Shown: positions 54,340 through 64,000 of the stretch, piece by piece
How the letters are laid out: each line of letters begins with the position of its first letter
Numbering within the stretch: position 1 is the stretch's first letter
DNA from: an uncultured cyanobacterium
GTDB lineage: Bacteria; Cyanobacteriota; Cyanobacteriia; Cyanobacteriales; Nostocaceae
Length of the DNA stretch: 64,000 nt
NCBI GenBank assembly: GCA_963740315.1
Contig: CAVUDP010000001.1
Span: forward strand, 1,088,001-1,152,000
Direction: 5' to 3'
The notes under the pieces: model-generated
The model's database searches: none
What the model was told of the DNA's origin: nothing
The model's input: the letters and a program-made list of their open reading frames with translations, nothing else
Made by a program: the position numbers and the translations under genes

Positions 54340-55632
54340 TTGTGTATGAATGAAGACATCGCCATCTCTTTGAAAAATGTCTCAAAGTGCTTTCAAAGGT
54401 ATGCTCATCCGGTAGATAGATTAAAGGAAATTTTACTACCTAGTAAAAGCAAAACCTCGCAATTTTGGGCATTAGAAAACGTTGATTTAGAAATACAAAA
54501 AGGACAAACAGTAGGAATTGTTGGCAGAAATGGTTCCGGTAAAAGTACGCTGTTACAAATTATTGCAGGTACTTTAACACCAACCACGGGGGAGGTAGTT
54601 GTCAGGGGTAGGGTATCGGCACTTTTAGAACTTGGGAGTGGTTTTAATCCGGAGTTTACGGGAACTCAAAATGTTTTTTTCAATGCCAGATTGTTGGGGT
54701 TAACTCAACAAGAAATTGAAGATAAATTTGATAATATTGCCGCTTTTGCCGATATCGGTGATTTTATCAAACAGCCCGTAAAAACTTACTCTAGCGGAAT
54801 GTTTGTTCGCTTGGCTTTTGCGGTAGCGGTAAATGTCGATCCGGAAATTTTAATTGTAGATGAAGCGTTAGCAGTTGGGGATATTGTATTCCAACATCGC
54901 TGTATGCGACGGATGCGAAGCATGATGGATAGCGGTGTAACTACGTTATTTGTCTCTCACGATTCTGGTGCAATTAAAACGTTATGCAATTCCGCAGTAA
55001 TGATTGATGCTGGGAAAATTTACACGAATGGTACTCCCAATGATGTCATTATCAAATACATGAAGTTGGTAACAGAGACTGAATTGGGATTAGTTACTCC
55101 GGATAAAGTTGATGATACTGTATCTCAAACTTCAAGCGAAAATTCTGTAGTTATAGAAAAAACTCGCCGAGGAAATCGTAAGGCATTAATTGAAAGTGTA
55201 AAATTATTTCATCAATCCGGAGAGGAAGCCGAAAAAAGTCCTATTTTTGGATTCAAGGAGCGGGTAAAATTAGTTGTTGAAGTGCAAGTTAATCAACAGT
55301 TACAGGGTTGCATTATCGGCTTTTTCCTGTGCGATAAAAACGGAAATGAACTGATTGGTAGTAATACGATTGAAGAAAATCAACCAATTGGAAAATTAGC
55401 ACCAGGAACTAACTTACAAATTGAATTTACATTTAAATTACCATTGCGTCCTAGTTCCTATAGTTTAACGGTAGCTGGTGCAGAAAACTATACGGCAATG
55501 ACTTTTGATTGGATTGATAACGCGATCGTTTTTCAGGTATTACCGCCAGATACGGGAAAGCGGATTCATGCTTTGGTAGATACACCAATAAGCGTAAAGG
55601 TATTGCAGCAAAATTTACCAACAAGTGCATAG
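54340..55632 (+). CDS. wzt: Wzt ATPase with a C-terminal Wzt_C domain
   Basis: GRNGSGKST, YSSGMFVRL, DEALAVGD; C-terminal extension of about 170 aa. Confidence 0.92.
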   Translation: MCMNEDIAISLKNVSKCFQRYAHPVDRLKEILLPSKSKTSQFWALENVDLEIQKGQTVGIVGRNGSGKSTLLQIIAGTLTPTTGEVVVRGRVSALLELGSGFNPEFTGTQNVFFNARLLGLTQQEIEDKFDNIAAFADIGDFIKQPVKTYSSGMFVRLAFAVAVNVDPEILIVDEALAVGDIVFQHRCMRRMRSMMDSGVTTLFVSHDSGAIKTLCNSAVMIDAGKIYTNGTPNDVIIKYMKLVTETELGLVTPDKVDDTVSQTSSENSVVIEKTRRGNRKALIESVKLFHQSGEEAEKSPIFGFKERVKLVVEVQVNQQLQGCIIGFFLCDKNGNELIGSNTIEENQPIGKLAPGTNLQIEFTFKLPLRPSSYSLTVAGAENYTAMTFDWIDNAIVFQVLPPDTGKRIHALVDTPISVKVLQQNLPTSA

Positions 55633-56854
55633 TGTTATGAATGCTGACTTGGAGAAAGATTATCCTTCATTAGTAAATTTGTCAGAAATTGATTTAGATG
55701 ACAATAGCAGTTTAAAGAAAATGTTGTGCTTGATAGGAGAAAACAAGCGCGTTATCGATTTTGGTTGTGCTACAGGTTATTTTGCTCGCTTACTTACTAA
55801 TAGAGGTTGTGAAGTTATTGGGGTAGAGGTGAATCCCAAAGCGGCAAAAGTTGCTAAAAAGTATTGCGACAAAGTTATTGTTGCCGATCTAGATTTTGTA
55901 TCTTTAAATGATATTTTATCAAAACATATTTTAGATAAAAAATTTGATGTTGCTGTATTTGGTGATGTTTTAGAACATCTACGCAATCCTTGGAAGGTAT
56001 TAGAAGAAACTCGAAATATATTAGAACTTCAAGGATATGTAGTTGCTTCTATTCCTAATATTGCTCATGGGGCAATTAGACTTGCTTTATTACAAGGAAA
56101 TTTTGAATATAAGCAGTTAGGTATTTTAGATAATACGCATCTGAGATTTTTTACCCGTAAAACAGTTGAAGAGTTATTTGAAGATTCGGGATATCTAATA
56201 GATGCGATCGCGCCAACTAAGCTACCTATTTATTCTAATTCAGAATTGATTCCAGCTATTGAAAAAAATAATTTCGATAAAAACATTACTTACGAAATTG
56301 AACAAGATGAAGATGCGGATACATTACAGTTTGTGATCCGAGCATATCCTATTACTTTAGAAAGTAAGTATACGGCTTTGCATAAACAGTATTTTGAAGT
56401 TGTTGAACAATTGAAAAAATCTGAAACTCAGTTAAATAATCTGCGGATAGAATTACAAGAATCAAAATTCCAGTTTCAAGCTAAACATACCGAATTTGAG
56501 CGATCGCAAACTCAACTACATCAAACCAAAATACAACTTGAAGACGCAGAAGTTCAGCTACAGCAAACTCAAGTTGATTTTAAAGAAGTACAAAATCAAT
56601 TTCAACACAATCAAAGAAAACTAGAAGAAACGCAAAATCAGTTAAAGCGAAAACAATCAGAATTACAGCAAGAACAAATTCAGCTACAGCAAATACAACA
56701 GCAATGGGAAGACAATCAAATTAAGTTACAACAAGCCCACGCAGGGTGGGAACATTGCCAGCAAATTATTCAAGCGATGGAAACCAGTAAATTTTGGAAG
56801 TTACGCCAAAGTTGGTTTCAATTCAAGCATTCTGTAGGTTTGAAAGCTGAATGA
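55625..56854 (+). CDS. SAM methyltransferase with a long coiled coil
   Basis: DFGCATG, GDVLEHL, SIPNIAH, GILDNTHLRFFT; Gln heptads; C-terminal TSKFW motif. Confidence 0.88.
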   Translation: MHSVMNADLEKDYPSLVNLSEIDLDDNSSLKKMLCLIGENKRVIDFGCATGYFARLLTNRGCEVIGVEVNPKAAKVAKKYCDKVIVADLDFVSLNDILSKHILDKKFDVAVFGDVLEHLRNPWKVLEETRNILELQGYVVASIPNIAHGAIRLALLQGNFEYKQLGILDNTHLRFFTRKTVEELFEDSGYLIDAIAPTKLPIYSNSELIPAIEKNNFDKNITYEIEQDEDADTLQFVIRAYPITLESKYTALHKQYFEVVEQLKKSETQLNNLRIELQESKFQFQAKHTEFERSQTQLHQTKIQLEDAEVQLQQTQVDFKEVQNQFQHNQRKLEETQNQLKRKQSELQQEQIQLQQIQQQWEDNQIKLQQAHAGWEHCQQIIQAMETSKFWKLRQSWFQFKHSVGLKAE

Positions 56855-56866
56855 ATTTACAAATTC

Positions 56867-57365
56867 GTAGTGCGAGCATCTTGCTCGCTATCAAAAATTC
56901 GTAGTGCGAGCATCTTGCTCGCTATCAAAAATCAGTAGTGCGAGCATCTTGCCTGCTGGATAAATTATCAAAAATTCGTAGTGCGAGCATCTTGCTCGCT
57001 GGATAAATCGTCACAAATCGCTGGATAAATTATCAAAAATCAGTAGTGCGAGCATCTTGCTCGCTATAAAAAATTCGTAGTGCGAGCATCTTGCCTGCTG
57101 GATAAATTATCAAAAATTCGTAGTGCGAGCATCTTGCTCGCTGGATAAATCCTTACAAATTGTTAGATAAATCGTAATGTATTTTTGGATAAATAAACAG
57201 GTAGCAAGTTGCAAATACTACAGGGCTAAAGCCCTTACTACGAACAATATGCAAACACTATGGGGCTAAAGCCCTTACTACGAACAATATGCAAACACTA
57301 TGGGGCTAAAGCCCTTACTACGAGCAAGATGTAAACACTATAGGGCTAAAGCCCTTACTACGAAC
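56867..57365. repeat. Mosaic REP-like array: 7x GTAGTGCGAGCATCTTGC(TC/CT)GCT, then four GGGCTAAAGCCCTTACTACG copies at 40-bp period
   Basis: Copies at 56867, 56901, 56935, 56978, 57043, 57077, 57120; 40-bp periodic tract about 57203-57365. Confidence 0.9.
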
Positions 57366-57388
57366 AAAAGTAACTTATATATGAAGTC

Positions 57389-58603
57389 ATGATTAGTCAC
57401 GAAAAAAAAATCCAGTTAGTTTTAAATCAAGAGATATTAAATCATCGCCACTCTCAAATATTAACTAATCATCACGAGTTGGAAAAAAAGTATTTTCAGC
57501 AAGTGATAAATCGCCAAGTACCGCTTTCTCAACCTTTACAAATAAAAAAATCAAATTATAACTTAGAAGAAAAACGATTGTTAGTTATCTCGCGCTTACA
57601 GGCTGCTAATCTTTGTAAAAGTAAAGGCTACAATCCTTGGCAATTATTCTCAAATCAAGCATATAAAACCTGTCAAAATCCTTGTATAACAGTTGTTATC
57701 ACGCTTTATAATTATTCAAAATATATTTACGAATGCTTAGATAGTGTAGCTCAATCTGAGATTTCTAATTTACCAGGGAATATAGAGGTATTAGTAATTG
57801 ATGATTGCTCTACCGATAATTCTGCAACTCTTGTTGAAGAGTATTTAGGGAAATCTAATTTACCAATCTGTTTGGTAAAAAAATGGTTTAATACAGGTTT
57901 AGCCGATGCCCGAAATGTTGGTTTAGAATTAGCTCGTTCTCCTTATGTATTTATTTTAGACGCTGATAATTGGATTTATCCCCACTGTTTGACAACTCTT
58001 TACGATAAAATTAAAACTTCAAATTATGCCGCTGTTTATGCAGAAATTAGTCAATTTGATAACGATACAAGAAAAGAATTAAGTAGACTTTCTTGTCATG
58101 AATGGAATGTGAATAAGTTAGTTAAACAACCATATATTGATGCTATGGCTATGTTTAACAAAGATATTTTACTTAAAGTCGGGGGATATTCTACAGATTT
58201 AATCGAGTATGGTTGGTTTGGATGGGATGATTATGATGTTTGGTTAAAATTAGCTCAGTCTAACTATTCCTGTAAGTTTGTTCCTAAAGTATTAAGTGCA
58301 TATAGAGTTCATTCAACTTCGATGATAAATACCACGAATAAATATGCACTCAATCTTGCTAAATATTTTTGTCATAAATTTGCTGATATTGCTCAAAAAC
58401 ATCAAACATCTGAGATGATATTTGGATTTATTCAAAGCGAACTATATTTACAAGATGATTGTATTCAAGATAATTCAGACTTATTATACGAATTACAATT
58501 TTGTCGTACCCAAATTGCTGCCATGAAATCAAGTAAATTTTGGAAGTTAAGAAATAAATGGCTGAAGCTAAAAAGTTTTTTAGGGTTATTAAAAAATAAT
58601 TAA
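57389..58603 (+). CDS. GT2 glycosyltransferase
   Basis: IDDCSTD, GLADARN.G, LDADN, WDDYD; C-terminal SSKFW motif. Confidence 0.9.
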   Translation: MISHEKKIQLVLNQEILNHRHSQILTNHHELEKKYFQQVINRQVPLSQPLQIKKSNYNLEEKRLLVISRLQAANLCKSKGYNPWQLFSNQAYKTCQNPCITVVITLYNYSKYIYECLDSVAQSEISNLPGNIEVLVIDDCSTDNSATLVEEYLGKSNLPICLVKKWFNTGLADARNVGLELARSPYVFILDADNWIYPHCLTTLYDKIKTSNYAAVYAEISQFDNDTRKELSRLSCHEWNVNKLVKQPYIDAMAMFNKDILLKVGGYSTDLIEYGWFGWDDYDVWLKLAQSNYSCKFVPKVLSAYRVHSTSMINTTNKYALNLAKYFCHKFADIAQKHQTSEMIFGFIQSELYLQDDCIQDNSDLLYELQFCRTQIAAMKSSKFWKLRNKWLKLKSFLGLLKNN

Positions 58604-58608
58604 TTCTA

Positions 58609-59544
58609 ATGTTAAATTATAATTACAAAATTGCAGCTTACATTACTGCTTATGAAGATATTGAAGCGCTCCATAAAACAATTGCTGCGATACAAAAACA
58701 GTCGTATCCAATCTTAAAAATATTCATTGTAGATAATTCCCAAAATCCAATTATTTCAGAAACCGATTACCAAAATCTCATCATTGAATCTCACCCCAAA
58801 AATATAGGAGTTGATGGGGGAGTAAACATCGCCATAAAATGGGCTATAGAAAAATATGATTTTATTTGGCTTTTCGATCAAGATAGCGAGCCAGTATCTG
58901 ATAGCTTAGAAATTTTATTAACTAAATATCAAGAATTATCTGCAAAAAACCACAATATCGGTATTATTGCTCCTCAAATACTCGATATCAATACCTTACA
59001 AGAATTTCCAGGATATATTTTTCAAGATTATAAATTTGTACCTAAACCTGAACACAGTCAAATCCAAGATTATTATACTTGTGATGGTGTAATTACATCG
59101 GGTTCTCTTGTTAATTTAAGTGTAGCTAAATCCGTTGAACTTCCTAAAGGTAATTTGTTTCTTGATGCAGCAGATTACGCTTATTGCATGAATTTTAGAG
59201 GTCAAGGTTATGAAGTGATTGTAGTCAAAAGTACTAAGCTACCTCATCGTCTTGGTAAATATTCCCAAGTCAAAGATAGACTATCTAAAACAAATAACGA
59301 AGTTATAACTTTTACTTGTTCGCCATCTCGTTACTACTATGCCTGTCGAAATCATACTTATTTTGAAACTCGTCAATCAAATAAGCAAATGTTACATTTT
59401 TGTATTGTTCATCGATTCAAATTTCTAATGAATATGATAATTAGAGTTATACGTTACGAACCAAATTTGGTTTTTATCAAGGTATGGGCTTGTACTTTCG
59501 GAACTTTTGACGGTTTTAGGGGTAGACTTGGTAAAATTTGGTAA
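58609..59544 (+). CDS. GT2 rhamnosyltransferase-like protein
   Basis: VDNS, FDQDS, ITSGS, RYYY..RN; adjacent to rfbC. Confidence 0.82.
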   Translation: MLNYNYKIAAYITAYEDIEALHKTIAAIQKQSYPILKIFIVDNSQNPIISETDYQNLIIESHPKNIGVDGGVNIAIKWAIEKYDFIWLFDQDSEPVSDSLEILLTKYQELSAKNHNIGIIAPQILDINTLQEFPGYIFQDYKFVPKPEHSQIQDYYTCDGVITSGSLVNLSVAKSVELPKGNLFLDAADYAYCMNFRGQGYEVIVVKSTKLPHRLGKYSQVKDRLSKTNNEVITFTCSPSRYYYACRNHTYFETRQSNKQMLHFCIVHRFKFLMNMIIRVIRYEPNLVFIKVWACTFGTFDGFRGRLGKIW

Positions 59545-59637
59545 AGTTATGATTTTTGTAACTTAAAATTATTTTTAACAAATTTTATGACCAAACAGCA
59601 GTAAGATACAAATTCAGGAATAGTTAATGATAAATAC

Positions 59638-60183
59638 ATGAAAATCATTTCTGCTGAAATTCCTGATGTTCTAATTATTGAACCGCAAGTATTTCACGAT
59701 GAGCGCGGCTTTTTCTTTGAAGCTTTTAATTTAAAAAAATTTACTCAGAAAACGGGTATTAATGTTAACTTCGTTCAAGATAACCATTCTTACTCAAAAC
59801 AGAACGTACTGCGCGGTTTGCATTACCAAATCGTACAGCCACAAGGAAAATTAGTACGGGCGGTTGTTGGTAATATATTTGACGTGGCGGTTGATATTAG
59901 AAAAAGTTCTCCTACTTTTGGTGAATGGGTGGGTTGTGAAATCAGCGCCCAAAATCAGCGTCAAATATGGATACCATCAGGTTTTGCTCATGGTTTCGTC
60001 GTCATGTCCGAAGTTGCTGAAGTTCTTTACAAAACTACAGATTATTATTCACCTCAAGGAGAGCGTACCATCCTTTGGAACGATAACGATTTAGATATAA
60101 ATTGGCAAATAGATGCTTCACCCATTATTTCTGCAAAAGATGCAGCAGGTAAACCGTTAAAAATGGCTGAGGTTTTCCCTTAA
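59638..60183 (+). CDS. rfbC: dTDP-4-dehydrorhamnose 3,5-epimerase
   Basis: DERGFF, QDNHS, LRGLHYQ, GFAHGF. Confidence 0.96.
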   Translation: MKIISAEIPDVLIIEPQVFHDERGFFFEAFNLKKFTQKTGINVNFVQDNHSYSKQNVLRGLHYQIVQPQGKLVRAVVGNIFDVAVDIRKSSPTFGEWVGCEISAQNQRQIWIPSGFAHGFVVMSEVAEVLYKTTDYYSPQGERTILWNDNDLDINWQIDASPIISAKDAAGKPLKMAEVFP

Positions 60184-60533
60184 TGCAGAAAAAATTAATC
60201 TTACTACATCGGCATTGAAAATTGTAATTTGGACAAGGCAGTAGGCAGTAGGCAATAGACAGTAGGGATGATTAGAGGTTGATTTACCCGAATGTTACCG
60301 CCGTTATGTTTATTTCTGCCAACTTACTTTGCTGCCAACAATTGATTAATTTCACCGGAGGGCACCTGTGTTAAAAACCGGGAATTATTTGGTGCGATCG
60401 CTAATAAATCGGGTTTCTTCGGGCTTTTTGCTCGTGGTGCTTTCGGGTGATTTAATTGATTCGTCGTGAAATCAAAACTTTTGTAGAGACGCGATATTAT
60501 CAACGTCTCTACATCATGTCGGCATTACAAATA

Positions 60534-61889
60534 TCAGCCAGAAACTACAGCACCAAAATCCTGAGTCCAATAAGTGTTGTAATTTACCTCTCCGGTGTCA
60601 TTCTCTAAATAATGATATCCAACCCCCATTTCTAGATAATTGGGATTGAGAATATTTTCGCGATGCCCTGGGCTATTTATCCAACCTCTAACAACTTCTT
60701 CCGGTGTAATGTAGCCAGCCGCAATATTTTCTCCGACAAAATACGATTCATAACCCGCCAATTGAGTGCGATCGCTAACTTTGCTATTGTCGGAACCCGT
60801 ATGGCTAAAGAAGTCGCTCAAAGCCATGTCTTCACTGTGTGTTTGAGCCGAATTAGATAGATTGCTATTCAAAGTTAGAGGCTGCAAACCATATTCACCG
60901 CGATAAGAGTTCGTCAATCTGACTACTTCATCAATTAGAGGATTACTTTCAATAGGAGTTGATGCAGATTGAGGTGTCGCAGAGATTGGCGTAGCTGGTA
61001 CAGGCGTAGATTCATTCAAAACTATAGTTTTAGATTCATCTTCGATTGGCATCACAGACAGGCTCAAATTATAGTTAGTATCTGGTGCTTCGTTTACTTG
61101 CATAATCCGAACATAGTAAGCACCGGCTTCCAAATTACTAACACTCAACGATTCGTCGATGTTACCGGGGTTGGCTGCACGAGCGATAATTTCGCCACTA
61201 CCCCCCAGCAACTCTAAATCAGCATCTGCATTCAAACCGCTAATTCCTAGTTCGAGATTATTGTTGGAATTAGTCAAATTCAAACTATAGAAGTCGTCGC
61301 TGTCATTTCCTACAGAGTCTCTAAAAATTATCTCGCCAGAGTCTAAAGCTATTGTGCGGGCAGTATCTAAGGTATTTCCTGCACCATCGCTTTCGATGTA
61401 TTCGCTAGCCGCAAGTCCATTACTCAAACTTTCAATGACAAAATAATTAAATGCTTCTCTGTAGTTACTTCCAAAAACTTGAGCAACATCCGGATTACTG
61501 GCTAAATAAGTCTTGACATCGAAAAGCGGTGAAGATGAGCGCCCCTCATCCATACCGTTATTTGTCAAGTGAGTGAATAGTTCTTCGTTATTAAAATTAG
61601 CTAAATCGATATTACTTTCGCGGTAGAATTCTAAATCAACAAGTGAAGAGAATTGCCGCCCTTGACTGACACCATAATTTACTAGATGTTCGTAAGCTTG
61701 TCTATTATTCAAGTCAGCTAAATCGCTGTTACTAGAACGATAGAAATCTAAATCGACTAAAGGTGAAAACTCTAGACCATTTTCCAAACCATAATTCTTG
61801 AAATGCGACCATGCTTGTTTATCACTCAAGCCATTCAAATCTGAATTAGCAGAGCGATAGAAGTTAGCATCAAATAAATTAATGGGCAT
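60534..61889 (-). CDS. Putative surface protein: N-terminal FD..FY...N.DL repeats, PPC-like domain, C-terminal CAP/SCP domain
   Basis: About 4 repeats; DADLEL...GAYYVR; ENIAAG, WINSPGHRENIL, YWTQDF; start at ATG 61889 assumed. Confidence 0.82.
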   Translation of the reverse strand: MPINLFDANFYRSANSDLNGLSDKQAWSHFKNYGLENGLEFSPLVDLDFYRSSNSDLADLNNRQAYEHLVNYGVSQGRQFSSLVDLEFYRESNIDLANFNNEELFTHLTNNGMDEGRSSSPLFDVKTYLASNPDVAQVFGSNYREAFNYFVIESLSNGLAASEYIESDGAGNTLDTARTIALDSGEIIFRDSVGNDSDDFYSLNLTNSNNNLELGISGLNADADLELLGGSGEIIARAANPGNIDESLSVSNLEAGAYYVRIMQVNEAPDTNYNLSLSVMPIEDESKTIVLNESTPVPATPISATPQSASTPIESNPLIDEVVRLTNSYRGEYGLQPLTLNSNLSNSAQTHSEDMALSDFFSHTGSDNSKVSDRTQLAGYESYFVGENIAAGYITPEEVVRGWINSPGHRENILNPNYLEMGVGYHYLENDTGEVNYNTYWTQDFGAVVSG

Positions 61890-62782
61890 AGGATTATTAG
61901 GGAACAACACAAAAAAAACATTGCAAACGTTTGCTTTTCGTCAGCGTTCCTATACCACGTGGCTAAAATCATAAACGCAAAAGGTTTATAATTTTAAGAA
62001 ATAATTAAACATTCATTCAAGTAAGGATTATAGCAAGATTAGCACACTAAAATTTGTCTTCTACTATAAGTAGTATTTCTAGGATAATATGTGTTTTTTT
62101 TGCAAAACAGCCTATTTACAAGGGATTCGGGGTATTAACAAACAATTAAATGTAAATAAATACTAAACGAAATTGCTAAAGATATAAGTATTATTTAACA
62201 CTACTTATTTTTTGTTCGTAGAAATACTAAAAGATGCTATGGTTGAAAATTTTTCTATTTCTATTTATTTGCTATTAAAAATAAAGCCTAAATTATTTGC
62301 CCAAATAGTTATATAGTTAAATTATTTTTAACTGATAAGTAAAAATTATCTACATAATAGAAAAATCAACTACTAAAAGCTTACTTTATATTCGATCGAG
62401 TAAACATATAAACTGATTTAAATTTTAGATATTAAAAAGATATTCCGGATCGTGAGTTAAATTGGCGCTATATGCTTTTGAGATCGTGCTTTAAATTTGT
62501 TTTAAATTCGGAGTCTCTCAGTAAAAATCATTGCTTCAAGGACGCATTTCAGTAAAAAATAAGATGCTCTAATATGAAAATAACTGTTGATATTACTGGA
62601 AATAAATTTCTCATAGTTAGTATTAGAAATACTAATGAAAATTCCAATTTAATCTTTAATCCTGACTGCATAATTGTTTCAAGGTCGTCACCAGTCTATA
62701 AATAATTTTTCTACATTGGTAAAATTTTTAGACTAGAAACAGACTAATATTTCATCAACAAGATGAATTATTATCAATAGAC

Positions 62783-63664
62783 ATGAGTAAATCAATTTTG
62801 TTAATCGGCACTAACGGTCAAGTCGGCACCCAATTACAACAAACGCTTCAACCTTGCGGCAGCTTGAAAGCAGTTGCACGCCCAAGAGTAGAACTTGCTC
62901 AACCTGAAACCCTCCGGGAATTAATTAGAGAAAATCAACCAGAAATAATCGTTAACGCTGCTGCTTATACTGCCGTAGACAAAGCCGAAAGCGAACCCAA
63001 ATTAGCCAACACAATAAACGCCACAGCCCCGATGGTTCTAGCTCAAGAAGCTGAAAAATTGCAAGCTCGGTTAATTCATATTTCTACTGATTACGTTTTC
63101 GATGGTAAGACTAGTTGTCCTTATCAAGAAGATGATTCAACTAACCCTTTAAGCGTTTACGGTAAAACCAAATTAGCAGGAGAACAAGCAATTCGTTCCA
63201 ATTGCAGCAACCATCTTATCCTTCGTACAGCGTGGGTTTATGGCACGGGAGGCAAAAGTAACTTTGTTAAAACCATGTTGCGGTTAGGAGCGCAAAAGCC
63301 AGAACTTAGGGTAGTCGCGGATCAAATCGGTAGCCCTACCGGGGCAAAAGACATCGCGCAAACCATAGCCACCCTAACTACCAAAACTCCACAAATAAAC
63401 GGCACTTACCATTACACCAACAGTGGCGTAGCCAGTTGGTACGACTTTGCGATCGCCATTTTTGAAGAAGCAAAACAGCTAGACTTTCCTTTGAAGATCG
63501 AGCGTGTCATCCCCATTACTACCAAAGAATATCCTACTCCCGCGACGCGCCCTAGCTATTCGGTTCTTAATTGTGCCAAAATATCTGCTGTCATGGAATA
63601 TCATCCACCTCATTGGCGACAAAGCCTTAGAGAGATGCTTCAAGAATTCCAAGTAAATCAATAA
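62783..63664 (+). CDS. rfbD: dTDP-4-dehydrorhamnose reductase
   Basis: GTNGQVG, AAYTAVDKAE, STDYVFDG, YGKTK, DQIGSPT. Confidence 0.96.
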   Translation: MSKSILLIGTNGQVGTQLQQTLQPCGSLKAVARPRVELAQPETLRELIRENQPEIIVNAAAYTAVDKAESEPKLANTINATAPMVLAQEAEKLQARLIHISTDYVFDGKTSCPYQEDDSTNPLSVYGKTKLAGEQAIRSNCSNHLILRTAWVYGTGGKSNFVKTMLRLGAQKPELRVVADQIGSPTGAKDIAQTIATLTTKTPQINGTYHYTNSGVASWYDFAIAIFEEAKQLDFPLKIERVIPITTKEYPTPATRPSYSVLNCAKISAVMEYHPPHWRQSLREMLQEFQVNQ

Positions 63665-63753
63665 TTAACGATCGATGAACAATTAACAAGGCACAAAGAT
63701 TTAGACTGCGGGCTTTTAACTAATTCAATGCCAATTCCCTATTTGCAAATTTT

Positions 63754-64000
63754 ATGAAAGCATTAATCCTCTCTGGCGGTAAAGGTACGCGACTGCGCCC
63801 CCTCACCTACACTGGAGCGAAACAACTCGTACCTGTGGCGAACAAACCGATTTTATGGTACGGCATCGAAGAAATGGTAACAGCTGGTATTACTGATATC
63901 GGTATCATTATTTCACCAGAGACAGGAGAAGAGGTTCAAGCCAAAACCGGAAATGGGGATAAATTTGGAGCTAATATCACCTACATTTTACAAGAGCAAC
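63754..64000 (+). CDS. rfbA: Glucose-1-phosphate thymidylyltransferase, 5' part, runs off the window edge
   Basis: Own translation: [37 protein letters not shown]. Confidence 0.9.
   Translation, partial: MKALILSGGKGTRLRPLTYTGAKQLVPVANKPILWYGIEEMVTAGITDIGIIISPETGEEVQAKTGNGDKFGANITYILQEQ

Noticed and set aside
56867..57365. CRISPR array
   Set aside because: Linkers are short, irregular and copies of one another; the units are dispersed REP-like palindromes; there are no cas genes

Overview
AT-rich chromosomal window from a filamentous cyanobacterium, probably Nostocales. Support: frequent HIP1 GCGATCGC, heptamer STRR tracts, GTAG-type palindromic repeats, and psbU/chlG/btpA/petP. 1-21 kb holds mostly housekeeping genes: two tandem uppP, DUF3120, psbU, nadB, a small secreted peptide next to a CHASE2-PAS-GGDEF gene, VKOR, btpA, rimO-crhR flanked by predicted RNA structures, an aldo-keto reductase, a PucC-like transporter and an inositol monophosphatase. 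21-39 kb holds an ABC exporter pair and a ~15 kb lipid-modifying cluster. Its core (alpha-oxoamine synthase/SPT-like, bCerS-like GNAT, SDR reductase, His-box hydroxylase, Rieske oxygenase) looks like a ceramide/sphingolipid-type or other amino-lipid pathway. A divergent arm carries a B12 radical SAM enzyme, a desaturase, a CFA-like methyltransferase and an MFS transporter, and a GH3 + Fe/2OG hydroxylase pair lies beside it. This cluster is the best candidate for an undescribed system. 39-45.5 kb holds a DUF6888/DUF6887 pair, ChaN, an ADH and chlG-arsA-petP. 45.8-64 kb is an ABC-transporter-dependent surface polysaccharide locus with two wzm/wzt sets, two frameshifted genes, four enzymes sharing a C-terminal AMxxSKFW motif, and rfbC/rfbD/rfbA. 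All family calls come from motif recognition by eye; no database searches were run.
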